Positions 23,950 through 32,000 of a DNA stretch of 32,000 bases are shown here, piece after piece. Made by a program: the position numbers and the translations under genes. Below the pieces are notes generated by a model, which had not been told where the DNA came from, made no database searches, and was given only the letters and a program-made list of their open reading frames with translations. Numbering within the stretch: the stretch's first letter is position 1; each line of letters opens with the position of its first letter. Location: assembly GCA_964574815.1 (NCBI GenBank), contig CAZNPL010000003.1:100861-132860 (forward strand), written 5' to 3'. The stretch comes from an uncultured Phycisphaeraceae bacterium (GTDB taxonomy: Bacteria > Planctomycetota > Phycisphaerae > UBA1845).

Positions 23950-26900
23950 AGAACACCTCCATCTGGCGCGGTCGCTGTCCCGACACCGTGCTGCATTGAC
24001 CCTTGGATCAGGCCCACAGCGACGGCGGAAGGAGCGCGCCGCGTAAAGACCACGTACAGGCACGGCATCAGGAACAGGGCGACGGCCATCTCCATAAGCA
24101 GGCCGCCTATCGCGGCGGCGGCCATGGGCTGGAGCATGTCGCCGCCCTCCTCGATGGCCAGCGCGAGCGGAATAAAGCCAACCAGGATGGCGACGGTGGT
24201 CATGACGCGCGGGCGCAGGCGGATCTTCGCCGCCTGCACGACGGCGTTCCGCGGGGTCGTTCCCTCGCCGGCCCGCAGCGCGTTGGCGAAGGTCAGGAGC
24301 AACACGCCGTCGTTGACCGTGGCGGCCACAACCACCAGGACGCCGATGATGACCGTCGCCCCGAGCGGCAGGTCGGTGGCGAGCATGATGAAGACCAGCC
24401 CGGTCAGGCAGAACGGCACGCTGCCCAGGATGAGCGCGGGCAGCTTGAGGCTGTCGAACTGCACGGCCAAGACGATGAACGAAAAAAAGATTGCGAAGAC
24501 CAGGATCGCAAGCACCGTCTGCTGCATCTCGGCCATCATCTGCGCCTGCCCGCCGAAGCTGAAGTCGTACCCGACGGGGCGCTCTTTGCCCGCCAGGGAC
24601 GCCTGGAGTTCCGCCAGCGCCTGCCCGACGCTGACACCGGCGGCGTCGCCGCGCACGATGACCTCCTTGACCTGGTCTTCGCGCACGATCTCGACGGGGC
24701 CGACCGCCTCGCTGACCTCGGCTACGTCCTTGAGGCGCAGGTAGCCGCCCTGGGCGCAGTTGAGCGGGAGGTTCTCCACTTCGAGCCGACTGACGATCCT
24801 GCTCTCGGGGATCATGACGCGGATGTTGTAATACTCGTCGTGATCGCGAAAGCGCGTCGCGACCGCGCCGGTGATCAACGAACGCATGGTATCCGCGATA
24901 TCCGCGATGGAGACGCCCAGCTCCGCGGCCCGCTGTCGGTCTACAACCACCTGATATTCGGGTTTGGTCATGTCCATCGAGACATAGACGTTCGTAAAGT
25001 GCGCGAGCTCGTTCATCGAGCCGGCGGTCTGGCGAGCGAGACTGTAAAGGGTGGGGATATCCCGCCCCTTGATCTTCACTTCGATGTCGGCGTCGCCCAG
25101 CTTGCGGATGCCCTTGACCTTCATCTGCATGACCATGGCCATCCCGCCGGGGACCGGGACTTTGGCCACGATCGGACGCAGATAGTCGATGTAGGCCCGC
25201 GTGCTCACGTCGCGCTGGTGACGCGGGACGAGCTGGATATTCAGCTCACCTTCGTTGGCGATCTCGTAGGTGTACAACCCCCACACCTTGCCGCCCGACA
25301 GCGTGAACAGGCTCTCAATCCGCTCGTCCTCTCCGATGCGTTGCTCGAGTTGGGCCAGGACGGCGTCCGTCTCCGCCAGGGACGCGCCGGTCGGCAACTT
25401 CACCTTGACCATGATCCGGCCATCGTCCATCTGGGGCAGAAACTCGGTGCCCAACCGGCCCATCAGGAGAACGGCCAACACGAGTATCCCCACGAACGCG
25501 GGTATCGCGATCCAGCGTCCGCGGATCGCCTTCTCCAGTGTCCAGCCGTAAGCCTCGGTTACCCGCTCGAAAAAGCGCTCGAAGCGGGCGACTTTGCGGC
25601 TTCCTGTCGCCCGGCCTAACACGAGGGCCGTGATCATCGGCGTCACAGTAACCGCCATGGCCAGGCTAATGATGACGATGCCCGCGATAACCAGGATCAA
25701 CTCGCGAAACAGCAGACTGACCAGGCCAGGCACCAGCAAAAACGGCACGAACAGCGCCAGGAACGATAGCGTGGCGGCTACGATGGCCGGGCCGATTTCT
25801 GCCGTGGCATCGACGACCACCGCGTCGGTTGGGGCGTCCGGGCGGTCGTGTCGGCGGCGCGTGATGGTCTCAATGACGACAATCGAGTTGTCCACCAGAA
25901 CGCCGATCGCAATCACCAGTCCGCCCAGCGAAAAGATGTTGAGTGAGAAACCCGCCACTTTCATCAGGCCGAAGTTCAGAACGAGCGTCAGCGGCAAAGC
26001 CAGCATGATGACCAGCACCTGTCGCCACGAACCGAGGAACAACCAGACGATGAGAATGACCAAGATCGCTGCTTCGACCGCCGCATTGCGCACGCCGTTC
26101 AGCGCGGCCTCAACATAATCCGCCTGGTTCTCGACCATGCCCAGGCTCACGCCTTCCGGCATGGCGGGGCCGAGTTCGGCGATCCGGCCGTTGACGGCTT
26201 TGGCCACTTCGACGGTATTGGCATTGGCCTGCTTGAGCACGCTCAGCTTTACGCAGGGGTTGCCGTCCAACCGCGTGATGACCCGCGCCTCTTCGTGCGA
26301 ATCGAGCACCTCGGCCACATCACGCAAATAGACCTTCTTCTGGTCTTCACGAACGAGCAGGACATCTCGGATCTCATCAAGCGATTTGTATTCGCCCATC
26401 GCACGGGCGATGATCTCCTTGGGCCCCACGGTCACGCGCCCGCCGAACTGCTCGATGTTCTCGGCTCGCAATCGTTGCAGAACGCCCGGCAGCGACAGGC
26501 CGTACTTCTCCAGGGCGTCCGGATCGAGATGCACGCGGATTTCCCGCTTGAGGCCGCCGACGATCTCTGTGCCTGCCACGCCCGGGACGGCCAGCAGTTG
26601 GTCCTGGAGCCATTCATCCACCCAGGTGCGCAGTTTCGTCAGGTCCCATTGCTCGCTGCTGATGGTCAACTGCACGACGGGAAGCTGTGAGGGGTCCGCC
26701 TTGATCATCACCGGCGGATCCATGTCCTTGGGCAGCTCGCGTGCCACGCGGGCCATGGCAGCCAGCGCGTCCTGATACGCCACATCCACGTTCACGCCGT
26801 ACTTGAAGTTGGCCTGTAGCGTGTACATGCCCTCGATGGACGACGACTCGAGGTAGTCCAGGTCGTCCACCGTGGCCATCTGGCGCTCGATCGGATCGGC

Positions 26901-27089
26901 GATGTTCTTATCGATCTCCTCCGGCGTGGCGCCGCGCCACCAGATGTGTACCTTGATCATGGGGTAGGTGATGTTCGGCAGGAAGTCCACTGGCAGACGC
27001 CATAGGCCGTAGAGCCCAAGCACCACCAAGGCCACGACAATCGCGCTGGTGGCCAGACGTCGATGAACGGCATAGTGCGTCAGCTTCAT
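23946..27089 (-). CDS. RND efflux transporter inner-membrane subunit (AcrB/HAE-like)
   Basis: 1047 aa with 12-TM RND architecture. The N-terminus reads RRLATSAIVVALVVLGLYGLWRLPVDFLPNITYPMIKV, and the TM4 region reads GGLVIAIGVLVDNSIVVIETITRR. Confidence 0.9.
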   Translation of the reverse strand: MKLTHYAVHRRLATSAIVVALVVLGLYGLWRLPVDFLPNITYPMIKVHIWWRGATPEEIDKNIADPIERQMATVDDLDYLESSSIEGMYTLQANFKYGVNVDVAYQDALAAMARVARELPKDMDPPVMIKADPSQLPVVQLTISSEQWDLTKLRTWVDEWLQDQLLAVPGVAGTEIVGGLKREIRVHLDPDALEKYGLSLPGVLQRLRAENIEQFGGRVTVGPKEIIARAMGEYKSLDEIRDVLLVREDQKKVYLRDVAEVLDSHEEARVITRLDGNPCVKLSVLKQANANTVEVAKAVNGRIAELGPAMPEGVSLGMVENQADYVEAALNGVRNAAVEAAILVILIVWLFLGSWRQVLVIMLALPLTLVLNFGLMKVAGFSLNIFSLGGLVIAIGVLVDNSIVVIETITRRRHDRPDAPTDAVVVDATAEIGPAIVAATLSFLALFVPFLLVPGLVSLLFRELILVIAGIVIISLAMAVTVTPMITALVLGRATGSRKVARFERFFERVTEAYGWTLEKAIRGRWIAIPAFVGILVLAVLLMGRLGTEFLPQMDDGRIMVKVKLPTGASLAETDAVLAQLEQRIGEDERIESLFTLSGGKVWGLYTYEIANEGELNIQLVPRHQRDVSTRAYIDYLRPIVAKVPVPGGMAMVMQMKVKGIRKLGDADIEVKIKGRDIPTLYSLARQTAGSMNELAHFTNVYVSMDMTKPEYQVVVDRQRAAELGVSIADIADTMRSLITGAVATRFRDHDEYYNIRVMIPESRIVSRLEVENLPLNCAQGGYLRLKDVAEVSEAVGPVEIVREDQVKEVIVRGDAAGVSVGQALAELQASLAGKERPVGYDFSFGGQAQMMAEMQQTVLAILVFAIFFSFIVLAVQFDSLKLPALILGSVPFCLTGLVFIMLATDLPLGATVIIGVLVVVAATVNDGVLLLTFANALRAGEGTTPRNAVVQAAKIRLRPRVMTTVAILVGFIPLALAIEEGGDMLQPMAAAAIGGLLMEMAVALFLMPCLYVVFTRRAPSAVAVGLIQGSMQHGVGTATAPDGGVL

Positions 27090-28441
27090 GGCGTAGCGCC
27101 TTCCCTCCCCGCCGGTGTGCTTGTACCTGCTTCAGGTTTGCCAGCCGGCTTGCCGGGCCCCGCTACGCGCACTTCGATGCCGTCCTTGAGCTTCTCCTGC
27201 CCGGCGATGACGACCTTCTCTCCTACCTCCAGACCGGTCAGCACTTGCACCCGACCAATCTGTTCGATACCGGTTCGAACCTTTCTCTGGATGGCCTTGC
27301 CGTCAACGACGACAAACACTGCTTGGGCGCCAGTCGGCGTCACGCTGACTGCCTGGAGCGGTACAGTCACGGCACCGTCTACAAACTCCAGCTCCAGCCT
27401 GACGCGCGCGAACATGCCCGGCATCAGCGCCACCGGCTGGTCCAAGACCAGTTCAACGGTCCGCGTCCGCATCCTGCGATCCAGCTCGGGGTAGACGCGC
27501 GTTACCTTTCCCGTGAAGCTCTTGCCCGGCAGCGCATCCAGAACGACGGCGGCCGCGGTCCCCTCCTGCACTGCGGGCACATGCGCCTCCGGCACAGCCA
27601 CGCGGATTACGAGCGATGACAGGTCGGCCATTTCCAGCAACGGCGCTCTCGGCGCGGCCATATCACCGGCCCGTACATGCACGCGCGTGATCGTGCCGGA
27701 GAAGGGAGCCAGGATCACACACTCGCCGAAACGGGCCCGTGCCAGATCCAGCTTGGCATCGGCCTCTTTGACCACCGCCTCTTGCACAGCAATCGCCGTG
27801 CGCGTGTAACCCTCCTCGAGCATTTCCAGGTTACGCCTGGCGGCGGAAAGCTTGGCCTGTTCCGCGACGTACTCCACGCGTGCCTTGTCCAGCGCCTCAC
27901 CGGGTAGCGAGCCGCTTTCCACGAGCTGCGTGATGCGTTCGAGATCGCTCTTGGCGAAGTTGGCGCTCTCTTCGAGCTGGCGGACGGTCTCCGTAGCCTT
28001 CAGGATTTCCTCCGGGCGCGTCCCCGCTTTCAGGTCTTCCAGCTTGGCCGTGGCTACTTCCAATGCGGCCTCGGCCGCCTTGACCTCGGCGCGATAGACC
28101 TCTCGGCTGATCTCGATGAGCTTCGTGGGGCTCTCGGCCGTCGACTCCACGCGGTCGCCTTCGCGCCAGGGACAGTAGCTGATCGGACCCTCGACCGTGG
28201 CGGCAATGACAACTGACTCGACCGCCACCGTTTCGCCGGTCAGGTCAAGCTCACGGGATATCCGTTCGTGTTGTGCTGTTTCAACGGCGACTGTGGGGAT
28301 CTTCTTCTTGCCTCCAACCCCCGTTCCGTCCTGCGTGCCGCCACAGCCACCGAGGTTTGCAGACCACACTACCCCGGCCGCCCAAAGCACCAGAAGAAGA
28401 CCTCCGCGAGCCGTCGTTGCATGCCACCACGCGTTTTTCAT
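27086..28441 (-). CDS. RND periplasmic adaptor (MFP/HlyD family), lipoprotein
   Basis: 451 aa. The signal and lipobox read LLLVLWAAGVVWSANLGGC. Coiled-coil hairpin and barrel regions are typical of MFPs. ATGA overlaps occur at both ends. Confidence 0.85.
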   Translation of the reverse strand: MKNAWWHATTARGGLLLVLWAAGVVWSANLGGCGGTQDGTGVGGKKKIPTVAVETAQHERISRELDLTGETVAVESVVIAATVEGPISYCPWREGDRVESTAESPTKLIEISREVYRAEVKAAEAALEVATAKLEDLKAGTRPEEILKATETVRQLEESANFAKSDLERITQLVESGSLPGEALDKARVEYVAEQAKLSAARRNLEMLEEGYTRTAIAVQEAVVKEADAKLDLARARFGECVILAPFSGTITRVHVRAGDMAAPRAPLLEMADLSSLVIRVAVPEAHVPAVQEGTAAAVVLDALPGKSFTGKVTRVYPELDRRMRTRTVELVLDQPVALMPGMFARVRLELEFVDGAVTVPLQAVSVTPTGAQAVFVVVDGKAIQRKVRTGIEQIGRVQVLTGLEVGEKVVIAGQEKLKDGIEVRVAGPGKPAGKPEAGTSTPAGREGATP

Positions 28442-29895
28442 TGCTCACCCGTCGCCAGCTTCAACTCTTGCAGCGCCACGTCGTGATCAGCCAACGCGTT
28501 GAAATACGTCGTCTGTGCGTTGAGCATCGCCGTCTGCGCATCCAATACGTCCGTGATTGAGCCTTTTGCGAGCGCATATTTCTCACGCTCAATCCGCAGG
28601 CTCTCTTCGCCCTGGGAGATCGCCGCTTGAGTGGCGAGCACGCGCTCCCTTGCCGACTGGATGTTCTGATTTGCTGTCTCGACATCCAGTTCGATCTGAA
28701 GCTCCAGCTCCAACAGGTTACTTCGCGCGGCCGCCAGCAGGGCACGTTGCTCACGAATCTGGGCAGTGATGCGCCCCCCAGTAAATAGCGGAACGTCGAC
28801 CAGCAGTAGCACGCTCGCAACGTCTTCTTCTCGATCCCCGTCGGTCGAAGAGTTTGTGGAATCGGACGCGCCCTGCTCCTGGCTTCCACCGGTGGCCTGG
28901 AAAGTTGGACTGGCCGCCCAGCGGTATCCGTACGCCCCGTGCAGCGTCACGGTCGGCCACCGCGCGCCACGCGCCACGTCCACGCGCTTGGCCTGCGCTT
29001 CCAGCGCGGCGCGGGCAGCCTGGTAGTCCGACCGTTGCTCAAAGGCGCGCGCGAGGGATTCACCCACCTCTGGGGGCTCGGCATCGAGCTGGCGTAGCTC
29101 GCCCGCAGGCGTCACCGGCTGGCTGGAGCCGGCGATCCCGATGAGACTCGTCAGCGTTCGCTCCTGGATCACCAGGAGGCTCCGCTGCTTCGCAAGTTGC
29201 TGCTCGATATCGGCGAGACGCACTTCAATCCGCAGACGGTCAACCGGTGCCGCCTTCTGAACCTCAATGAGCTCGTTCACGCGTCGCAGATGTTCGCGCA
29301 TCGCATTCCGTGAAAACTCGAGCGACGCGATCACGTGTCTTTGAGCCAGGATGCGATAGAACACGCTGCTGACGTTGAACACCAGCTCATTTTCGGTCCG
29401 GGCAAGCCGATGTCGGGCCGCGCCTTCGAGCAACTCGCGGGCTTTGATCTCGCCGATCAGCCGTCCTCCGGCAAACAACGGCATGCTGACAACGAGGTCG
29501 GTCGCGAAGATATCGTCGTCGAACACTCCCGCCTCGCCAGACGCACGCGCTGGAACCAACCTCTGGTCGTCGAGTGAATGTATGTACCCGCCCCGCAGTC
29601 CCAATTCCGGCAGTATGGCCCCAATTGAGTAATCCCGTCGCGCCTCCGCGGCTTCGACCTCCTGGGCCGCACGTGCAAGCCCAGGATTCGATCCGAGCGC
29701 CGTGGCGATCGCCTGCTCCAACGTGATGGGACCGCTCAAGGTTGGCTGCTCCCGGATCGTCGACCGGTCACGGTGACCCTGGTACCGGGAACCCGCGTGC
29801 ATACCCGCATAAGGGTCGGTGGGATTCATAAGTACGCAGCCCTGTAGCAGCAGGACGCCAGCCATACACGCGGTTCGTTGCAATGATCCTCTCAT
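28438..29895 (-). CDS. Outer-membrane efflux factor, NodT/OprM-type lipoprotein (TolC family)
   Basis: ATG 29895 has GAGGTGG 8 nt upstream and gives MRGSLQRTACMAGVLLLQGC, which ends in a lipobox. Two TolC-like repeats follow, and the C-terminal FNALADHDVALQELKLATG is typical. The ORF-track start at 29907 is a GTG. Confidence 0.85.
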   Translation of the reverse strand: MRGSLQRTACMAGVLLLQGCVLMNPTDPYAGMHAGSRYQGHRDRSTIREQPTLSGPITLEQAIATALGSNPGLARAAQEVEAAEARRDYSIGAILPELGLRGGYIHSLDDQRLVPARASGEAGVFDDDIFATDLVVSMPLFAGGRLIGEIKARELLEGAARHRLARTENELVFNVSSVFYRILAQRHVIASLEFSRNAMREHLRRVNELIEVQKAAPVDRLRIEVRLADIEQQLAKQRSLLVIQERTLTSLIGIAGSSQPVTPAGELRQLDAEPPEVGESLARAFEQRSDYQAARAALEAQAKRVDVARGARWPTVTLHGAYGYRWAASPTFQATGGSQEQGASDSTNSSTDGDREEDVASVLLLVDVPLFTGGRITAQIREQRALLAAARSNLLELELQIELDVETANQNIQSARERVLATQAAISQGEESLRIEREKYALAKGSITDVLDAQTAMLNAQTTYFNALADHDVALQELKLATGEQ

Positions 29896-30217
29896 CCGTG
29901 CGGCCACCTCACTTCGCCGATGCCATCCCGGCGCGGGCGCTCTTTATCCTTGTTCATCGCAACGGCCGCAAGCCGGCACCAAGGTTGTAAATCCCAGCAA
30001 ACATCGGCAGGCCTCCTCGATTCGCTCCGCACGCTGGACAACCCGGCAAGTTTTATGGCGACATGTCCATTTAGCCATATAAATGACCAAAAAGAAACGG
30101 TCGTCCCGCGCCCCGCAGGCCCGCAGGCCCGCCTGCCGCGTTTCTCGCTTCCGTGCATGGTTCTCTCACCGCGGCGCCTGCCGCCAACCCCTCATGCTCA
30201 CGGGGCCGTTACTCCGC

Positions 30218-30547
30218 TCATCGCAAGGCCGCCTGCTGGGTCTTCAGGTTCTCCGCCAGCACGCCCTCGATGCAGTCCCAGAATCCCGCCAGGCAGCAAA
30301 CCTTGACGCGGTAGTACACCATGACCCCTTGCTTGCGATCTTCCACCAAGCCGGCCTGCTTGAGCACCGCCAGATGCTTCGAGACCGTCGACTGGTCCGC
30401 CCCGACCAGCTCCGTCAGATCGCAGACGCACCGTTCCTTCTGCTCCAGGGCCTCCAGCACCAGCAGCCGGCTCGGATGCGCCATCGCCTTGGCGATCCTC
30501 GCCCGCGCCACATATCGCTCCCGGCTGTGTTTCTGCCTGTTTTTCAT
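30218..30547 (-). CDS. arsR: ArsR/SmtB-family metalloregulator (ArsR3), CVC motif plus C-terminal CC-x6-C
   Basis: IAKAMAHPSRLLVLEALEQKERCVCDLTELVGADQSTVSKHLAVLKQAGLVEDRKQGVMVYY is the wHTH region; the C-terminal part carries VKVCCLAGFWDC. Confidence 0.85.
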   Translation of the reverse strand: MKNRQKHSRERYVARARIAKAMAHPSRLLVLEALEQKERCVCDLTELVGADQSTVSKHLAVLKQAGLVEDRKQGVMVYYRVKVCCLAGFWDCIEGVLAENLKTQQAALR

Positions 30548-30550
30548 GGC

Positions 30551-30587
30551 TCTATGGCCATTATACCATAGAATATGCCGAAGTCAA
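30551..30587 (-). promoter_or_regulatory. arsR3 promoter (TTGACT-16 nt-TATAAT) embraced by an inverted-repeat operator; near-leaderless
   Basis: On the - strand, TTGACT is at 30587-30582 and TATAAT at 30565-30560. The inverted repeat TCTATGG (30551-30557), N8, CCATAGA (30566-30572) flanks the -10 box. Only 12 nt separate the -10 box from the ATG, and no SD is present. Confidence 0.6.
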
Positions 30588-30857
30588 ACGCCGGCTCCTG
30601 TCCGGTGCCACGTGTCCGCCGCGGAACGTGATGGGGCGGACGGGAAAGCGGACCGGACGGGTATCGCGCGCCCATGCCGGCCCATCCTGCGGTTACCTTC
30701 CGGGCTGGGCTCGCAACCCCGACGCTTCAACTCGCCCGGGCGAATCAAACCACATGGGTCAGGTTCTTCAAAGCGAGGCATACGCGAAATTTCTCTCTCT
30801 TCGTCGCGAGACTTATGTTCGAGGACGGTGGTGTTTCCTCTATAAGGGCCTGGAGAT

Positions 30858-30879
30858 AACCTCGACGTAAGTCGAGGTT
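30858..30879. other. Perfect 9-bp stem / GTAA-loop hairpin of unknown function
   Basis: The sequence is aacctcgac-gtaa-gtcgaggtt. No adjacent U-tract and no flanking gene are present. Confidence 0.4.
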
Positions 30880-32000
30880 TCTCATGCGCTTACATCAATT
30901 CCGGCAACACCGACCGTGACGCCCTACCACCGTCCGACCCCGCGCTTGTGACGGGGCGGTCGCATGCTCAAACCCCGTCGACGCTACACTGGCCGCGCCT
31001 CCGGGCTCCAGCCCGCACGTCGTTGGTGGGGCGCTGTCATAGCAACCGAGGATCCAGTGCCGCACTCGTTGGGCGCTACGAAGGGGATTCGAGATACGAT
31101 CTCTGGAAGCCATGCCGATCGGCGCCGCCGCTGAGTTCAACCGTCGGGTCTTCGTGTCGGCCCGCGAGATGCGCAGCATTCTGTCAGACGGCTTTGCACT
31201 CGACCCTCTCGGGCGCGCTCCCGGCATCACAGCCTCTCGCTATAAACTCACTGACGGAGAACACCAAGGGTAGACGGCATCATCTCCCCGGTCTCGGATC
31301 CGTTCTGCGCATCCTGCCGGCGCATCCGACTCACCGCCGATGGACTCCTTTTCCCAAACCTGATGAGCGAAGACGCTGTGCACATGAATGACGCATGGAT
31401 GAACGACGGCTTGGATGCGGAGACCGCCAGCCGATTGCCGCAATATGGGGTGGAGCGGAAGCGCCCTTATGGCGCATCTCAGTTGACGCCGATGAATGAC
31501 CTGGGCGGGTGATTACTCCTCACGGTCCGAGGGCAGGCTCGGACTAAAGTCGCAGATCTGTGCCTCGTCCTGAGCTATCGCATCCCAAAACGTGCGAAGG
31601 TTGGGTCAGCGCGTAGTAGTCAAGGCCGAGCGTCCGCGCGGTTCTGCAAAGCCCGTACGCACCGGCGAGCCTCAGCGCCGACGTTCATAGCCGTTTGGCG
31701 ATACGCGAGTGGCTCTTGCGCGTCCGGCGCCATCGCTCGAAGCGTCGCTGACTCGCCTCAAGGCGGGCAGGAATCACTTGGCTCTTCGTGGATCTCTTCA
31801 GCCGTCCTCCAGACCACCCTCGGTCCGGGGCTGACAATACCGGCCCGCTGAAACCGCTTCATGCACGCTTACCGCAAGGACAAAGGGTCTCGCTGTTTCC
31901 TTCAGCAGGCATCTCCCCACGAATCATCTCTTCGCGTGGCGAAGGGCAAGAAAAGAAGGTGCGGCTCACAAATTCTTTCAGTCGTCTTCAGGGGATATTT

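Noticed and set aside
23461-25619. + strand ORFs of 427 and 538 aa antisense to the RND pump gene
   Set aside because: Their composition is nonsense-like (runs of R, H, D, P, T and S). The - strand encodes an unmistakable 12-TM RND protein.
30085-30140. Intrinsic terminator directly after arsR3
   Set aside because: GC-rich hairpins exist, but the best stem is only 5-6 bp and lies ~20 nt from the T-tract. It is kept only as a possible attenuator element in the spacer finding.
30895-31391. ORFs of 111 aa (-) and 147 aa (+) in the right flank
   Set aside because: They are mutually overlapping and have Arg/Ser/Pro-rich nonsense composition. They have no SD and no recognisable motif.
1-32000. 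tRNA, rRNA, tmRNA, CRISPR arrays and integrase/recombinase genes
   Set aside because: Scanning by eye found no T-loop/acceptor-like motifs, no regularly spaced direct repeats and no recombinase-like ORF. A covariance-model scan would be needed to exclude small RNAs formally.

Overview
Visibly GC-rich bacterial DNA, probably from a diderm (RND pump, lipobox outer-membrane factor). All family assignments come from reading the supplied translations and remembered motifs; no searches were run. The window has three parts. (1) 1-11745, all + strand: the distal part of a tailed-phage structural module. It holds a prohead protease/scaffold/major capsid fusion, a DUF2190-like protein, neck proteins, an HK97 gp10-like protein and a TP901/GTA-type major tail protein. 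These are followed by a tail assembly chaperone with an overlapping -1-frame ORF, a 670-aa tape measure and four distal-tail ORFs of unknown function. No integrase, lysis genes, tRNA or att site is visible. (2) 11759-30587, all - strand: a ~19 kb metalloid-resistance island made of three consecutive operons. Each is headed by its own ArsR/SmtB repressor and preceded by a near-consensus sigma70 promoter overlapped by a different palindrome. Operon (a): arsR3 -> NodT-type OM lipoprotein -> MFP lipoprotein -> RND pump -> DGC-type Cys-rich protein -> half-length CcdA/DsbD-like membrane ORF. Operon (b): arsR2 -> arsD::CMD(AhpD-like) fusion -> arsA -> zinc-ribbon ORF -> methyltransferase::arsD fusion -> RsbW-like kinase -> acr3 -> tandem Usp. 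Operon (c): arsR1 -> secreted tandem thioredoxin-fold-like protein with a CC-x6-C tail -> FtsX/MacB-type permease -> ABC ATPase -> small Cys protein interrupted by an in-frame TAG -> LMW-PTP arsC. (3) 30600-32000: no convincing genes, only stop- and frameshift-riddled fragments that may be IS-related, plus one perfect hairpin. The best candidates for undescribed biology are the two ArsR-controlled envelope export systems (RND+DGC and MacB-type ABC+Cys-tailed periplasmic protein) and the two ArsD metallochaperone fusions.
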